This document shows positions 44,081 to 54,527 of a DNA stretch of 64,000 nucleotides, one piece after another; the first letter of the stretch is position 1; every line of letters begins with the position of its first letter. The position numbers and the translations under genes were made by a program. Below the pieces are notes generated by a model. That model was not told where the DNA came from and searched no databases. It was given only the letters and a program-made list of their open reading frames with translations. The stretch is from Naegleria gruberi (lineage: Eukaryota): NCBI GenBank assembly GCA_000004985.1, contig GG738894.1, one strand, 5' to 3'.

Positions 44081-45754
44081 TTATTGATTGGATTCCTTGT
44101 AGGATTGAGCTACTAACTTCATTAGTTCTTTTCGATCGAGATGTGGATTCTTATCTTTTAGTTTCTTGTAATTTTCCTTCATAAATAAATTATACTTGGT
44201 TGGTTGCTTGGTTTTTCCAATTGGTTCCAATATTCCAGTGCAAACTCCACACCTTTGTTTTGTGGTATCAACAGATTTGGAATGTCTCTTTACAATTGAT
44301 CCACAATCCGTGCATTGCCACTGATATTTATATTCAATATCGTATGAGTGGCAAGTCGTGATTGGAATGTCAGGATAGTATTTCTGAATAATTCCACCAT
44401 ATAAATAAAATGTTTTACCATGGCCTGTAATGCCGTCGAACATAAATGAAGCAGCATGACACATTTCGTGAGCTAGTGTATGAACAAGTCTCTCTTCACA
44501 ATCACAAACCTTTGTGGACATTTCAATGGCACATACCTTGATTTGTGATTTAGTGATTGTAAAGAGTTTACACAACCCAGCAGTTTTCCTCAAATGTTGA
44601 TTCCATAATAAATATGCTTTCCCTTTCAGATCTTTAGCCTTACCCTTTGTAACTTTCATAGCTGGAAGTTTGTTTTGGAAGCATACCTTGTTGAATTCGT
44701 CATAATATTTCTGTAATAAATCATCTCTGACCTTTTTGAATTTTTTGGCATCCATCTTTTCAAAAGTTAATGTCTTTGAATTTTTGGAACTTTTTGCTGG
44801 CTTTTTGTTAGTTAATATGGATTTTTCATGGAAATCATCATCATCGTCATCAATTTCAATAACATTGGTATCAATCTTGTTTTTTGGGTTGGATTTTGTT
44901 TTCGTTTTGGATTTCTTAATTTGTGGACTTTCTGCTTCCATTTCGTCATAGTCCTCATCATCGTCATCATCCTCTCCACTACTTTCAGCATATTCCTCAT
45001 CACTCTCCTCGTCAAAGTTGAAATCCTCTTCATCAGATGATATTGCTTCCTCCTCCTCCTCCTCAGAAGAATCACTCAGCTCAAAAGCATTCTTTTTCTT
45101 TTCCTCCTCCTCAAATTCCTCAATAATATCCTGCCCCACAATATCAGATTCTTTCACCCAAGTATTTTCACTACTTGGATATCCCTCCCATTTCACATAG
45201 TATTCAACAAGCTTATTTTTCACTCGTTTTTTAATGATCCTTTCAATGGAATAAACATCATCTTTCTCCTTATCCTTCTCAAAATCATATTCTTCCTCAG
45301 AATCTGAATGATCCTCAATCACTCGCTTTCCAAATGATTTTCTCGATTTTCTTCTCACTGGCGAAGTGTTTGCCATCTCTTCATCACTTTCATCATCATC
45401 ATCGGAAATAGCAATCACAACTCTTTCATTAAATTCATTTCCAGATTTTCCGTGATGGTGATGATCAGCAGCTTCTTGAGTGGCTAATAGTGGTGGTAAT
45501 GTTGCTTGCTCCTCCTGGAAATGTACAGTACTTCTTCTTGGTAATTCCTGCTCTTCTTCCTTCTTTAATAGTGCAATTGGTTGCTCAGGAAGAGTGTTAT
45601 CACTTTCGGAAAGGAGACCTTTTGGAAGAATCGTCTCTGGATTCGAAAAGAAATCATGCCAAGTAATTGAACGCCATCCAAATTCGTTACACATGTTCAA
45701 GTATCGATTACGAGTTACTTCATATGAAAATTCTTGTTCTTGATAAATATTCAT
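44081..45754 (-). CDS. SprT-like zinc metalloprotease of the GCNA/ACRC type (acidic disordered region, SprT HExxH domain, zinc finger, C-terminal HMG box) with an embedded chromodomain
   Basis: True ATG at 45754. Long D/E-rich tracts. Chromodomain DDVYSIERIIKKRVKNKLVEYYVKWEGYPSSENTWVKESDI. SprT motif LVHTLAHEMCHAASFMFDG (HEMCH). Cys cluster CTDCGSIVKRHSK...CGVC. HMG-box-like PTKYNLFMKENYKKLKDKNPHLDRKELMKLVAQSYK at the C-terminus. Confidence 0.7.
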   Translation of the reverse strand: MNIYQEQEFSYEVTRNRYLNMCNEFGWRSITWHDFFSNPETILPKGLLSESDNTLPEQPIALLKKEEEQELPRRSTVHFQEEQATLPPLLATQEAADHHHHGKSGNEFNERVVIAISDDDDESDEEMANTSPVRRKSRKSFGKRVIEDHSDSEEEYDFEKDKEKDDVYSIERIIKKRVKNKLVEYYVKWEGYPSSENTWVKESDIVGQDIIEEFEEEEKKKNAFELSDSSEEEEEEAISSDEEDFNFDEESDEEYAESSGEDDDDDEDYDEMEAESPQIKKSKTKTKSNPKNKIDTNVIEIDDDDDDFHEKSILTNKKPAKSSKNSKTLTFEKMDAKKFKKVRDDLLQKYYDEFNKVCFQNKLPAMKVTKGKAKDLKGKAYLLWNQHLRKTAGLCKLFTITKSQIKVCAIEMSTKVCDCEERLVHTLAHEMCHAASFMFDGITGHGKTFYLYGGIIQKYYPDIPITTCHSYDIEYKYQWQCTDCGSIVKRHSKSVDTTKQRCGVCTGILEPIGKTKQPTKYNLFMKENYKKLKDKNPHLDRKELMKLVAQSYKESNQ

Positions 45755-46136
45755 TTTTTTTAAATGTTAATTTTCCAAATATTTTGGCGCCAAAGTGATG
45801 TGCAATATTGATGAATTTATTGGAAATTAGCCATTTCATAGACCTCCTCAATGAGTGTAACAAAACAACTTCCTTAACTCACGGGAAATATATTAATTAG
45901 GAGTTTGGATTGGTTTGAGTAGTCCTTGGAGAGTTGGTGCAGACCAACAATTCATCTTTGATTTCAACATGATAATAGTCTTACAAATACTTTACAACAT
46001 TATGTGGAGATGATCTCATCCGAATCATGGAGAGCTATTCGAGTCATACACTTCAATCCGGAGTTGCTCCTCTCTATAAAAGATAGTGAAACTTGTAAGC
46101 AACTCCATAACAATTGAAAAAAAAACTGTGATCGTA

Positions 46137-47120
46137 ATGAAAACTTTCCAATCTACAACTATTGCAATCATTGCAGCAACATGCATGCTCATTGCCATGA
46201 TGCTCTCATGCACCAATGCTCAACGTTTGTCTACTCAATTCGGTCACTTGATGAGCTCACAAGCTCTGATCAAGCAAATTAATTTGGATCCACAATCAAC
46301 ATTTAAAGCTCAATTGTATCCAAGATTTGAGTGGGGTCATGTGTTGGTGAAATTAAAATGAAGGTCAATGTGGTGCTGTTTGGGCAATGGTAAGTTTTTT
46401 AATTCCGATCTAAATGATCAATAATTATTATTTTGCAATTTCGAATATTAATTTTTATTGGAAACCATTTAGGTTCCAAGTGCTACAGTTTCTGATAGAA
46501 TGTGCGTTCAATCGAGTGCTAAATTCCAAGAAAGATTATCCACCCAATATATTTTGGAATGTGATACTAGAGATTTTGGATGTAATGGTGGTTATTTGAA
46601 TACTGAATTCGAATTTGAATTAAAGAGAGGTATTCCAACTGAAAAATGTGTTCCATACTCTGCTGTTAATGGTACTTTGGCTAATTGTCCATCCAAATGT
46701 GTCAATGGTGAACCATTAGTTTTATACAAGACTAAGGCAGTTCAAAACCTTACTGGAGAGCATGATATGCAACAAGCCATCTTACAAGGAGGAAGTATTA
46801 TGACAGAACTTGACATGTATCAAGATTTCCTCTATTATTCCAGTGGTGTCTATCAACATTCTGCAAATTTGAGACAACCAATTGCTAAGTTTGTTGTCAG
46901 AATTATTGGATGGGGAGTTGAAAATGGTGTTAAATATTGGATTGTTCCAAATATTTGGGGTAAAACATGGGGAATGCAAGGTTATATCTGGATTCGTGTA
47001 AGTATTGAAGGAAATTATTTTTAAATTTAATTTATAATATTTATTACAATTATTGTAAAATAGAGAGGTAATAATGAAAGTAATATTGAAAAGGATGCAT
47101 TCGCTTTCCAAGTTTACTAA
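46137..47120 (+). pseudogene. cathepsin B-like (papain-family C1) paralogue, copy A, with disrupted pro-region exon
   Basis: Signal peptide MKTFQSTTIAIIAATCMLIAMMLSC. Relative to copy B it lacks ~140 nt of the propeptide/mature junction and shifts frame, giving an in-frame TGA at ~46358 before the conserved NEGQCGAVWAM. Exon 2 (46473..46997) and exon 3 (47064..47120) are intact and introns (83 and 66 nt) are conserved with copy B. Catalytic Cys and His are substituted as in copy B. Confidence 0.45.
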
Positions 47121-47241
47121 ACAACTTCATCCATACACAAACTATTCAATAAAATAATTGAGTTTTAAAATAATTATACCAAATCAATATATAATATATA
47201 TACTCGTTTATTAATTCCATTTAATGGACATCCAATCATAT

Positions 47242-47291
47242 NNNNNNNNNNNNNNNNNNNNNNNNNNNNNNNNNNNNNNNNNNNNNNNNNN
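47242..47291. other. scaffold gap (50 N)
   Basis: Run of 50 n immediately 3' of the phospholipase-B-like gene stop codon. Confidence 0.99.
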
Positions 47292-47293
47292 GT

Positions 47294-49002
47294 TTATTCC
47301 ACATGGCTGAACTTGGCAGGGCATTGACCATTCCAAACAAAGACTGGTTGATCAACACTGGTTGGTCCATTGATAATGTGAACAGTGTTAATGTCGAGAA
47401 TTGAAGAAACCTTAGTATCATAACCTCCACTGCAGCTTCTTGTAGCATCAGTAGCAGTTGGAGACAAATCATTTCTGCTCGAAATGGAATAGCCAGGTTG
47501 ACCAAGAGAAAGTGGATCATACTTCCAATTGTTATATCTAAGAAGATTCTTAATAGTATCAATTGAGTTGACCTTATTTTGATCTCTTCTAAAAATGTTA
47601 GCTCTAACACATGTTTCATAGGACAACATGTCTGAGGCATTTGGTCTCTTTAAGATTTCAGGATATCCAGAAATTGTGAAAACTTCCTTATAGAATGGAA
47701 CATTGTAACTAGGCCAGTATCCATAGCTGAGAATTTGAGTTTGATCAGCACCAATAACCTTTCCTGGAATTTGCTCAACAACCCAAAACAAGTCATTGGC
47801 AAGTGGTTGGCCAGGAACGAACTTTTTAGTATCCAAAACCATGAATTGATTATTGTAAGTACCAGAGTTATATTCAGAAAAGATTTTACTCCATGAAGGA
47901 GCATCATCAGCAAGTCTGTTGGCTAAAATAACTCTTTGCCAACACAACAATGATTCTGGTTTGAGTAAATCATATAAGGAAGTGTTGAAAATATTGTTGG
48001 AAGTCTCAATAACAACTAATCCATTTTGAGTAATGTAAAAATCATCATTTGAAGCAAGTGTAGCTGGGTAACCAGAGAATGTGACCTTTGGTGAAGCAAC
48101 CAATTTGTTATTGAAATTGAAAGTGTAAGTCTTATAGATACGACTGAAATTTTCAATGATATAATGATAATGGTTAGAAAACAAACTTACGTCATAGCTG
48201 CAAACACGAACCACGAATTATGTCCAAAGTAGATATTACTGAAATCTGGTGCGACCTTGAAGATGGCAGAGCAGTGACCATTGTCTCTGGCGAATTGTAA
48301 AATTTGAGCTGAGGTCATCTTGTTAAAATTTGGTCTGAAATCCTTCTTAACATTGACAATATCAAACAAGTCACCAGAAGCACTCATTACTTGCAATTCA
48401 GCATAACTAATTTTTTCTGAACTATTTGTAGTGGCATAATTGTAACCATCAAGCAAACCCTCCATTTGCAAATAAACAGTTCTGACCTGTTGCCAGAACG
48501 GATCGTTGGCATACTTGGCAGATGAATCTCTAACCCAAGCACGTTGAGACTCCAAGAAATCTCTCACATATTGTGGCATCTTCTTATCAGGATTCTCAGC
48601 CCACACATACGTATTCAAATTAACAAAGTGATTGTAAATTCTCTTCCTTGTCAAGACTCCTTCCAAATAACCGGCAGCATAACTTTGCAATTCATCCTTT
48701 ATCAATCCATTGGTTTCAATAGAGAGAACATCCCATCCTTTTGCCTCATAACTATCATCATAATGTGCTGCAGCAATACCCGATCGCAGATTATAAACTC
48801 CATTCCTAACTATGTAATTCCCATTTTCATAGTAAAAGGTGGCATCGAGAGCCAAAACCTTGTTGGAGGCTTCATTTAAAACACCACAAACAATCAAGAG
48901 TCCGAGGATAAGTAAAAGAAGTGGTGATTTGTTCATTTTTTTTTTATCAAGACTATTAATGTGAACCTTACGGAGATGTAAGCTATAGAATGGAATTTTC
49001 AT
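47294..49002 (-). CDS. phospholipase B-like protein (PLBD/LAMA family), two exons 49002..48191 and 48143..47294; probable signal-peptide start at ATG 48936
   Basis: Family-typical segments GWDVLSIETN, YAAGYLEGVLT, IYNHFVN. ORF 48187-49002 ends ..FAAMT at GTAAGT (48190). A 47-nt intron and acceptor TTTCAG rejoin the frame of ORF 47294-48214 (..RIYKTYTFNFNN..). 812+850 nt = 554 codons. MNKSPLLLLILGLLIVCG looks like the signal peptide. The stop lies 3 nt from a 50-N gap. Confidence 0.7.
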
Positions 49003-49089
49003 GTTTTAAATATAATAGATTTTTAACAAATATTTACATTATATTTAGCACAAATAATTAAATTTTCAATACTACCAAACAAATAAAAA

Positions 49090-50121
49090 ATGGACAAAAT
49101 CACACCACAAGCCATTCTTCATGCCGAAAAAATAATTCGTTCCGTAGGCGTGAAGAAAACCTCCCTCGACACTTGTCTTTCTCTGTCCAACCAGAAAAGA
49201 GCCATTTTGTTTAAATGTGAAAATGAACAAATTACAGGATCTTTCAAGATGAGAGGAGCCACTCATAAATTAATGCAATACATGATGAAAGAGGATGATA
49301 ATTTGAAAAAGAGAATTTGTACTGCATCGTCTGGAAATAATGGATTTGCTGTGGCGTATGTAGCTAAAGCATTTGGATATAATGCAACTGTGTTTGTGCC
49401 TGAAAATGCAGACACGGCAAAGATTGCAAATATTAGAGATGTGATGGGAGCAGATATTAGATTGTATGGTGAAAATTGTTTGGATACTGAATTGTTTGCA
49501 AAGAAATATGCACAAGAGAATGGAATTCCATATTTCTCACCATACAATGATTCAGATATTGTTATGGGACAAGGAACAATTGGTGTGGAAATTGAGGAAC
49601 AATTGAATGAAATTATGAAAAATAGAGGAGGTTCAATTAATGGAATTAAATTGGAAGATGATGGATCAAATCTTAATGTTTATGTATCAGTCGGAGGCGG
49701 TGGATTAATTGGTGGAATAGCTCGCTACCTTAAACATGCCTTCCCTAAATGTAATATAATTGGATGTCAACCACAAAATAGTGCTGTCATGTACCATTCA
49801 GTTAATGCAGGTAAAATTCTGGAAGTTGTTGAAGAATTTGATACAATCAGTGATGGAACTGCTGGCTTAATTGAAGTAGATACAGTCACATTCGAGATTT
49901 GTCAACAATTTGTGGATCGATATGTCCTCTCAACTGAAGAGGAAATTCTCTCATCACTCAAATTCCTCCTCCTGAAAGAACATACTCTAGTAGAAGGTGC
50001 AGCTGCTTGTGCTTTGGCCTGCCACTTGAAAGATGATCAATGTAAAGATAATTCGATCAACGTGATTGTTTTATGTGGAAAGAATATTTCCTCTGAAAAG
50101 ATTAAAAAGATTTTACAGTAA
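49090..50121 (+). CDS. PLP-dependent serine/threonine dehydratase family enzyme (threonine dehydratase / serine racemase-like)
   Basis: True ATG. PLP-lysine motif ITGSFKMRGA. TASSGNNG and GGGGLIGG glycine-rich loops typical of the fold-type II family. 343 aa. Confidence 0.8.
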   Translation: MDKITPQAILHAEKIIRSVGVKKTSLDTCLSLSNQKRAILFKCENEQITGSFKMRGATHKLMQYMMKEDDNLKKRICTASSGNNGFAVAYVAKAFGYNATVFVPENADTAKIANIRDVMGADIRLYGENCLDTELFAKKYAQENGIPYFSPYNDSDIVMGQGTIGVEIEEQLNEIMKNRGGSINGIKLEDDGSNLNVYVSVGGGGLIGGIARYLKHAFPKCNIIGCQPQNSAVMYHSVNAGKILEVVEEFDTISDGTAGLIEVDTVTFEICQQFVDRYVLSTEEEILSSLKFLLLKEHTLVEGAAACALACHLKDDQCKDNSINVIVLCGKNISSEKIKKILQ

Positions 50122-50647
50122 TACTTTTAATTAAATTATTAATAATTTTATTTTCAATTAAATTTTTACTAATTTTTTTCAAAAAAAATGAGTACTGTTC
50201 TGATTGCTTGCTATTCGGAATCGATGATGAACACGAGAAGCTGATTATCTAAATTGTTTTTGAATTGATGATCATCATTATGATGATTTTCGATAAAAAA
50301 GCATTGAAATGAAGACAAATAAACCTATACTCGATGAACTGAAGATTCCGAAATGTAATGATCACGAACTGGAAGTAATTTTAATAAAATCAAATATTCA
50401 TCACCAAGTTAACTAATCTTTTCCGATCCAAAGCTTGGGGTTATTGGCTTTAAATAGAAACCACTTCAATAATTAGAAGAAAGAAACCATTCAACAGTAA
50501 TTTTCGATCGTCATAAGGACGATTTGAAATCCAGTGCACTACTTCCTTCTTAATTATTAAAAAATTTTGTTTAAAAAATACCTCAAATCTAATAGAATCA
50601 ATAAGTATATTAAATTTTATTGCTCATACATTAATAAGGATACAATC

Positions 50648-51184
50648 ATGTTAGAATCAAACATTAAGGTACATCTTGAGAATATTAGTATCACTGGAGT
50701 AGATAAAAACGAACTTTCGTATATGATAGCGAATGGAGGTGCGTTCACCACTTTAATTGTTAAAGCCATGCTAAGGGGAAATGAGGAGCAAATTAAAAAG
50801 GAGGTTAATGATTTTTTGAACACCACAGACAAGGCAATAATAGAGATTTTCCTTTCCTTATCCTGTAGGTATCAAATTGAGGATGATGAGCATGATTGTA
50901 AATTCTTGGACAGGATTAATCCTCAAGAGTTTAGCAGAAACATACAATCAATTCCTAAACCTCAATTCTTAAAAGATATATTCAGCTTTAAAAAGGCTCC
51001 ATTCCTGGATGGAATGAGAAAATTAATAACATCACATCGAATTGCATTTGAGAAGGAAGAATTAGAAGCAATTGAAGCAAGAAAGTTGCTATTCGGTGAA
51101 GATGTTCAACAAAAAAAATCGACTAAGAAAAAAGCTGCCACTAAAACAATTAAAAAAAGCTACCAAGAGAAGAAGAAAGAATAA
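50648..51184 (+). CDS. hypothetical protein with Lys-rich C-terminus
   Basis: ORF 50567-51184. The track start is TTG; the first ATG is at 50648. No recognisable domain. C-terminal KKSTKKKAATKTIKKSYQEKKKE. Confidence 0.4.
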   Translation: MLESNIKVHLENISITGVDKNELSYMIANGGAFTTLIVKAMLRGNEEQIKKEVNDFLNTTDKAIIEIFLSLSCRYQIEDDEHDCKFLDRINPQEFSRNIQSIPKPQFLKDIFSFKKAPFLDGMRKLITSHRIAFEKEELEAIEARKLLFGEDVQQKKSTKKKAATKTIKKSYQEKKKE

Positions 51185-51466
51185 AGTTTGTTGATTGTTT
51201 AGGAGCTATTCTCTACCATGTCGCAAGACCTGATATTACAAACTATGCTCAGTACAACTCTATAGTTAATAAAGCTAAATCTCAATAATGCCAAACAAAA
51301 GTATCTCATTAAATAACCTCTTCTTATTTCAGATCATTGATCAAAGTAATTGTTATATTCATCGAATCGGTATTGAAAGAATGTAATTGGACAACAAGGT
51401 ATGAATTGAATAGTTGGAGGTATTGGTATGTGTTCCACTTGTATAGTGTTGTGTTTGGTTTTGTAC

Positions 51467-52716
51467 TCAAAGAGTCTCAAGCCCTCTGATTGATAATGGT
51501 AAACCTCTGGCATCAAGGTATTGCAACGAGTCCAAGTTGACTAGAAATTCAACTCCCTGATCATTAATAGAAGTTGCAGGAACAGAGAGTCTTTGGAGGT
51601 TTTTCATTTGGGAAAGATAAAGAGCTCCCAACTTGGTAATCATGTGATTTGTGCCAATTTGGAGATCTCGTAAACTGGCCATTTTAGAAATATATTCAAC
51701 TCCCTTATCGTTCATACAAGTGTTTGTTAAATTCAATTCTCGTAAATTAGTCAATTTAGAAATCAAGACTGCTCCTAGTTGACCAATCGGGTTATCGTTC
51801 AAAATGAGTGTCTTTAAAGTTTTCATTTTCACAAGATATTCAACACCTTCTGCATCAATTTCATTAAATCCCAAATAAAGAACTTCCAAACTGAGTATTG
51901 CTAAAGAATTTGGTTATTTTCTAAATGTAAACATTTCAAAGATGTTATTCTATATATGTGTTCCAACCCAATTCCACTAATATTAGTATTATTCAATCCA
52001 AGAAATGTCAAAGTTCTCATATTAGAAATGCATTCAGCATGTAAATTACCAATCTTGTTGAGCTCCAAATTAAGATGACTTAGTGATCCAAATTCTAATA
52101 ACAGATTGATGTCTTTCAGTTCTAATTCACAATTCACTAGCTCCAATAATTTCAAATGCTTCAATCTAGTCAAGTTCTTCAACTCTCCATTGTAATAATT
52201 CTTATCTAACTGTAATTCTTTTAAACTCTGAATTTGTGAAATATAGGAAAATACTTTTGGCTCCAAAACACAATGATCAATTTCCAATCTCTTTAAACCC
52301 TTCAATTTGGATACATAATATGAATTATCATCCGAAAGTAAACTCTTTTTCAATTTTAAAACTTGTAAATTTTCAAAATAGGGAAAACATTCCATCACCC
52401 CCAAACCAATCTCACAGAATTCTGCTCTTTCCATTCCAAAAAACAATCCATCGTCACAAAAATTCCAAAAATCTTCATTGGTTTGTAATTCCAATCCAAG
52501 TTTTCGTCCTACATTGAAAGAGAAGGGACATTCCCTTATAATTTGCTGCCACTTCTTACAAACTAGTCGGAAATAGGAAATCAATTCAATTCCTTCTATG
52601 AAAGGAAAGATGTTATCTCGTAATATGTCATCAGGCAGTCCGTAAAATTGTGATTGTATGGAAGAATGGAAGCACAAACACGAGTAGCTGGTAGTATCCT
52701 GATGTGTTGTTGACAT
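51467..52716 (-). CDS. F-box-like / leucine-rich-repeat protein, apparently frameshifted at ~51895 (sequencing error or pseudogene)
   Basis: True ATG at 52716. F-box-like LPDDILRDNIFPFIEGIELISYFRLVCKKWQQII followed by ~24-residue LRRs. ORF 51901-52716 stops at ..ENNQIL*. The downstream ORF 51467-51889 continues the LRR register (LEVLYLGFNEIDAEGVEYL...) but in the -1 frame. There is no room for an intron. Confidence 0.5.
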
Positions 52717-52943
52717 TTTTTTGTAAAGTTCATCCTATAATGACGTACCAGACACATGGTTTTAAACGTTGAACTAATTTACAATTTTACATGACTTGGC
52801 TCAAGTAATGGACTTTAATTGCTTGAAGAGATGCAATATATCTCTGACAAGATTTAAACAATTTGTTCACATAGTCTTAATTATTAGGATTCAGAATCGA
52901 ATAGATGATAAGTAATATCACAACGTTTCTCAACATTTTAGTG

Positions 52944-54098
52944 TTATATACTTGATATGTCAGGGAATTTCTCACGTATTTCCAACATGAATTTGTTATC
53001 CCTTCTTAGCTTTTCTCCAATAAATGTATCAAGGTTTACATGGTGATTGTGTGAAGGATCTTTGTATGATAATCCTATTCCCAACATTACAATTTCCTTA
53101 TCATTTTTGTACATGTTTGGAAGGCTGTATACAACTCCATTCTTTAAGCATCGAATGACCAGATCTCTATCTTCCAATAAATTATGTGGTAAATAATTCA
53201 GAATATTATTATTGATATCGAGAGAAAGATATTGTTCTGTGATTTCTCTTGTTTTAAACATATTGTTCATAAAGCAATAAGATATTCCATTTCTTTGAAA
53301 TACTGCCTTGGCAATATCCGTATCTGTAATCAAATGATCTGGGATGAAGCTAAAGATGTCATATGATACATAGTTTGTCTTTTGAATCAATAAGAGGAGA
53401 AATTCTTTGGTTAGAATTGATTTGTGTACGCAACCTAAATCTGAACATCTTTTGCCTATACAAATTTGAACTATCTCTGTGTCCATTCTAAAATTATTGG
53501 GAAATATAAAAAGTGGAGCATTATTGTGTACCAATTTCAGAACATTTTCTCTCTTTTCTCTAATTGGTTCTGGAAACTCACGATAGGAGAATATATTTGC
53601 CTTCACAGATTCCAGGAAGAAGTTTTCATCGTTTTGCAATCTATCACTAATTAGCTCAACATTCTTGGGGTTCTTTTTGATAGCTGCCATAGCAATTTCC
53701 TTGTCATCCAAAAACTGTTGAGGTATTTCTCTAGCAATAAATCTCAAAGAAAATGATTGAGTCATGACCATTAGCTTGACAATTTCTCTGTCATTATAAA
53801 ATTGTTTCGGTACTGAAATATCATACTTGCAACAAAGTGTCCTCAACACAAATGCTCTATCCTGTTGAAACTCCTCAGGTAAATGAGAATAGAGTGGATA
53901 TGATTTCAGAGCAGCAAGACAAATATTCCTATTCCTCTTCAACACTTCATTGCAATGAAAGTAAAACAGACCATATTGGGAAACTAATTTCAAAGCAACT
54001 CGATAACAATCTCTCAATTGTTGAGGAATTTGATTAAAAACTTTTACAGTCCTAATTAAATGTGCAATCTTTCCAATCACGTATTCATTTCCTACCAA
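52944..54098 (-). CDS. DUF4116-type repeat protein, 5' end unresolved
   Basis: Repeated ~35-aa units of the DUF4116 kind (NRNICLAALKSYPLYSHLPEEFQQDRAFVLRTL; DKEIAMAAIKKNPKNVELISDRLQNDENFFLESVKAN; DTEIVQICIGKRC..). The frame stays open to ~54266 without any in-frame ATG. The track start is TTG. Confidence 0.55.
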   Translation of the reverse strand: MVGNEYVIGKIAHLIRTVKVFNQIPQQLRDCYRVALKLVSQYGLFYFHCNEVLKRNRNICLAALKSYPLYSHLPEEFQQDRAFVLRTLCCKYDISVPKQFYNDREIVKLMVMTQSFSLRFIAREIPQQFLDDKEIAMAAIKKNPKNVELISDRLQNDENFFLESVKANIFSYREFPEPIREKRENVLKLVHNNAPLFIFPNNFRMDTEIVQICIGKRCSDLGCVHKSILTKEFLLLLIQKTNYVSYDIFSFIPDHLITDTDIAKAVFQRNGISYCFMNNMFKTREITEQYLSLDINNNILNYLPHNLLEDRDLVIRCLKNGVVYSLPNMYKNDKEIVMLGIGLSYKDPSHNHHVNLDTFIGEKLRRDNKFMLEIREKFPDISSI

Positions 54099-54527
54099 AT
54101 CATCGGGAATTTTCTCATAATCCCTAAACTTTCTTCTCCCTTTTGATTCTTTTAAATATTGATCAATACGATTCCAAAGTTTGATGATCCGATCCGATTC
54201 TGTTTTAAAATTATTTTTTAATAAATTGAAATAATTAATATTGCAATCTTCTCCATGATGATGAAATCATGCAGAATAATCATTTGTACCATTTTTTTAA
54301 ATTGTAAATAATTTCTCAATAATGTCAATAAGAAAGTGTTGAACATTATTCCGAATCTTCCTTTTCACTTACAAATAAAGAATTTTACAGGAGTTTAATA
54401 TGAGGTAGGACTTGGATATTAAGGTTTGTTCCTTCAAGGTTGAATTTTTGAAAAAAATAAAACAAAGAGAGGAATTTTTCACTCCAGAATTTTGCACAAA
54501 ATTCAGCATCATCGGGAATATAATAGG

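Noticed and set aside
44736-45200. Several 60-90-aa ORFs in alternative frames and strand within the SprT/GCNA gene
   Set aside because: They lie in the GA/GAT-rich acidic low-complexity region, where every frame stays open. They sit inside a well-supported longer CDS.
47236-47640. 134-aa ORF containing a run of X
   Set aside because: The X residues are the translated 50-N scaffold gap, and the rest is antisense/out of frame to the PLB-like exon. An artefact.
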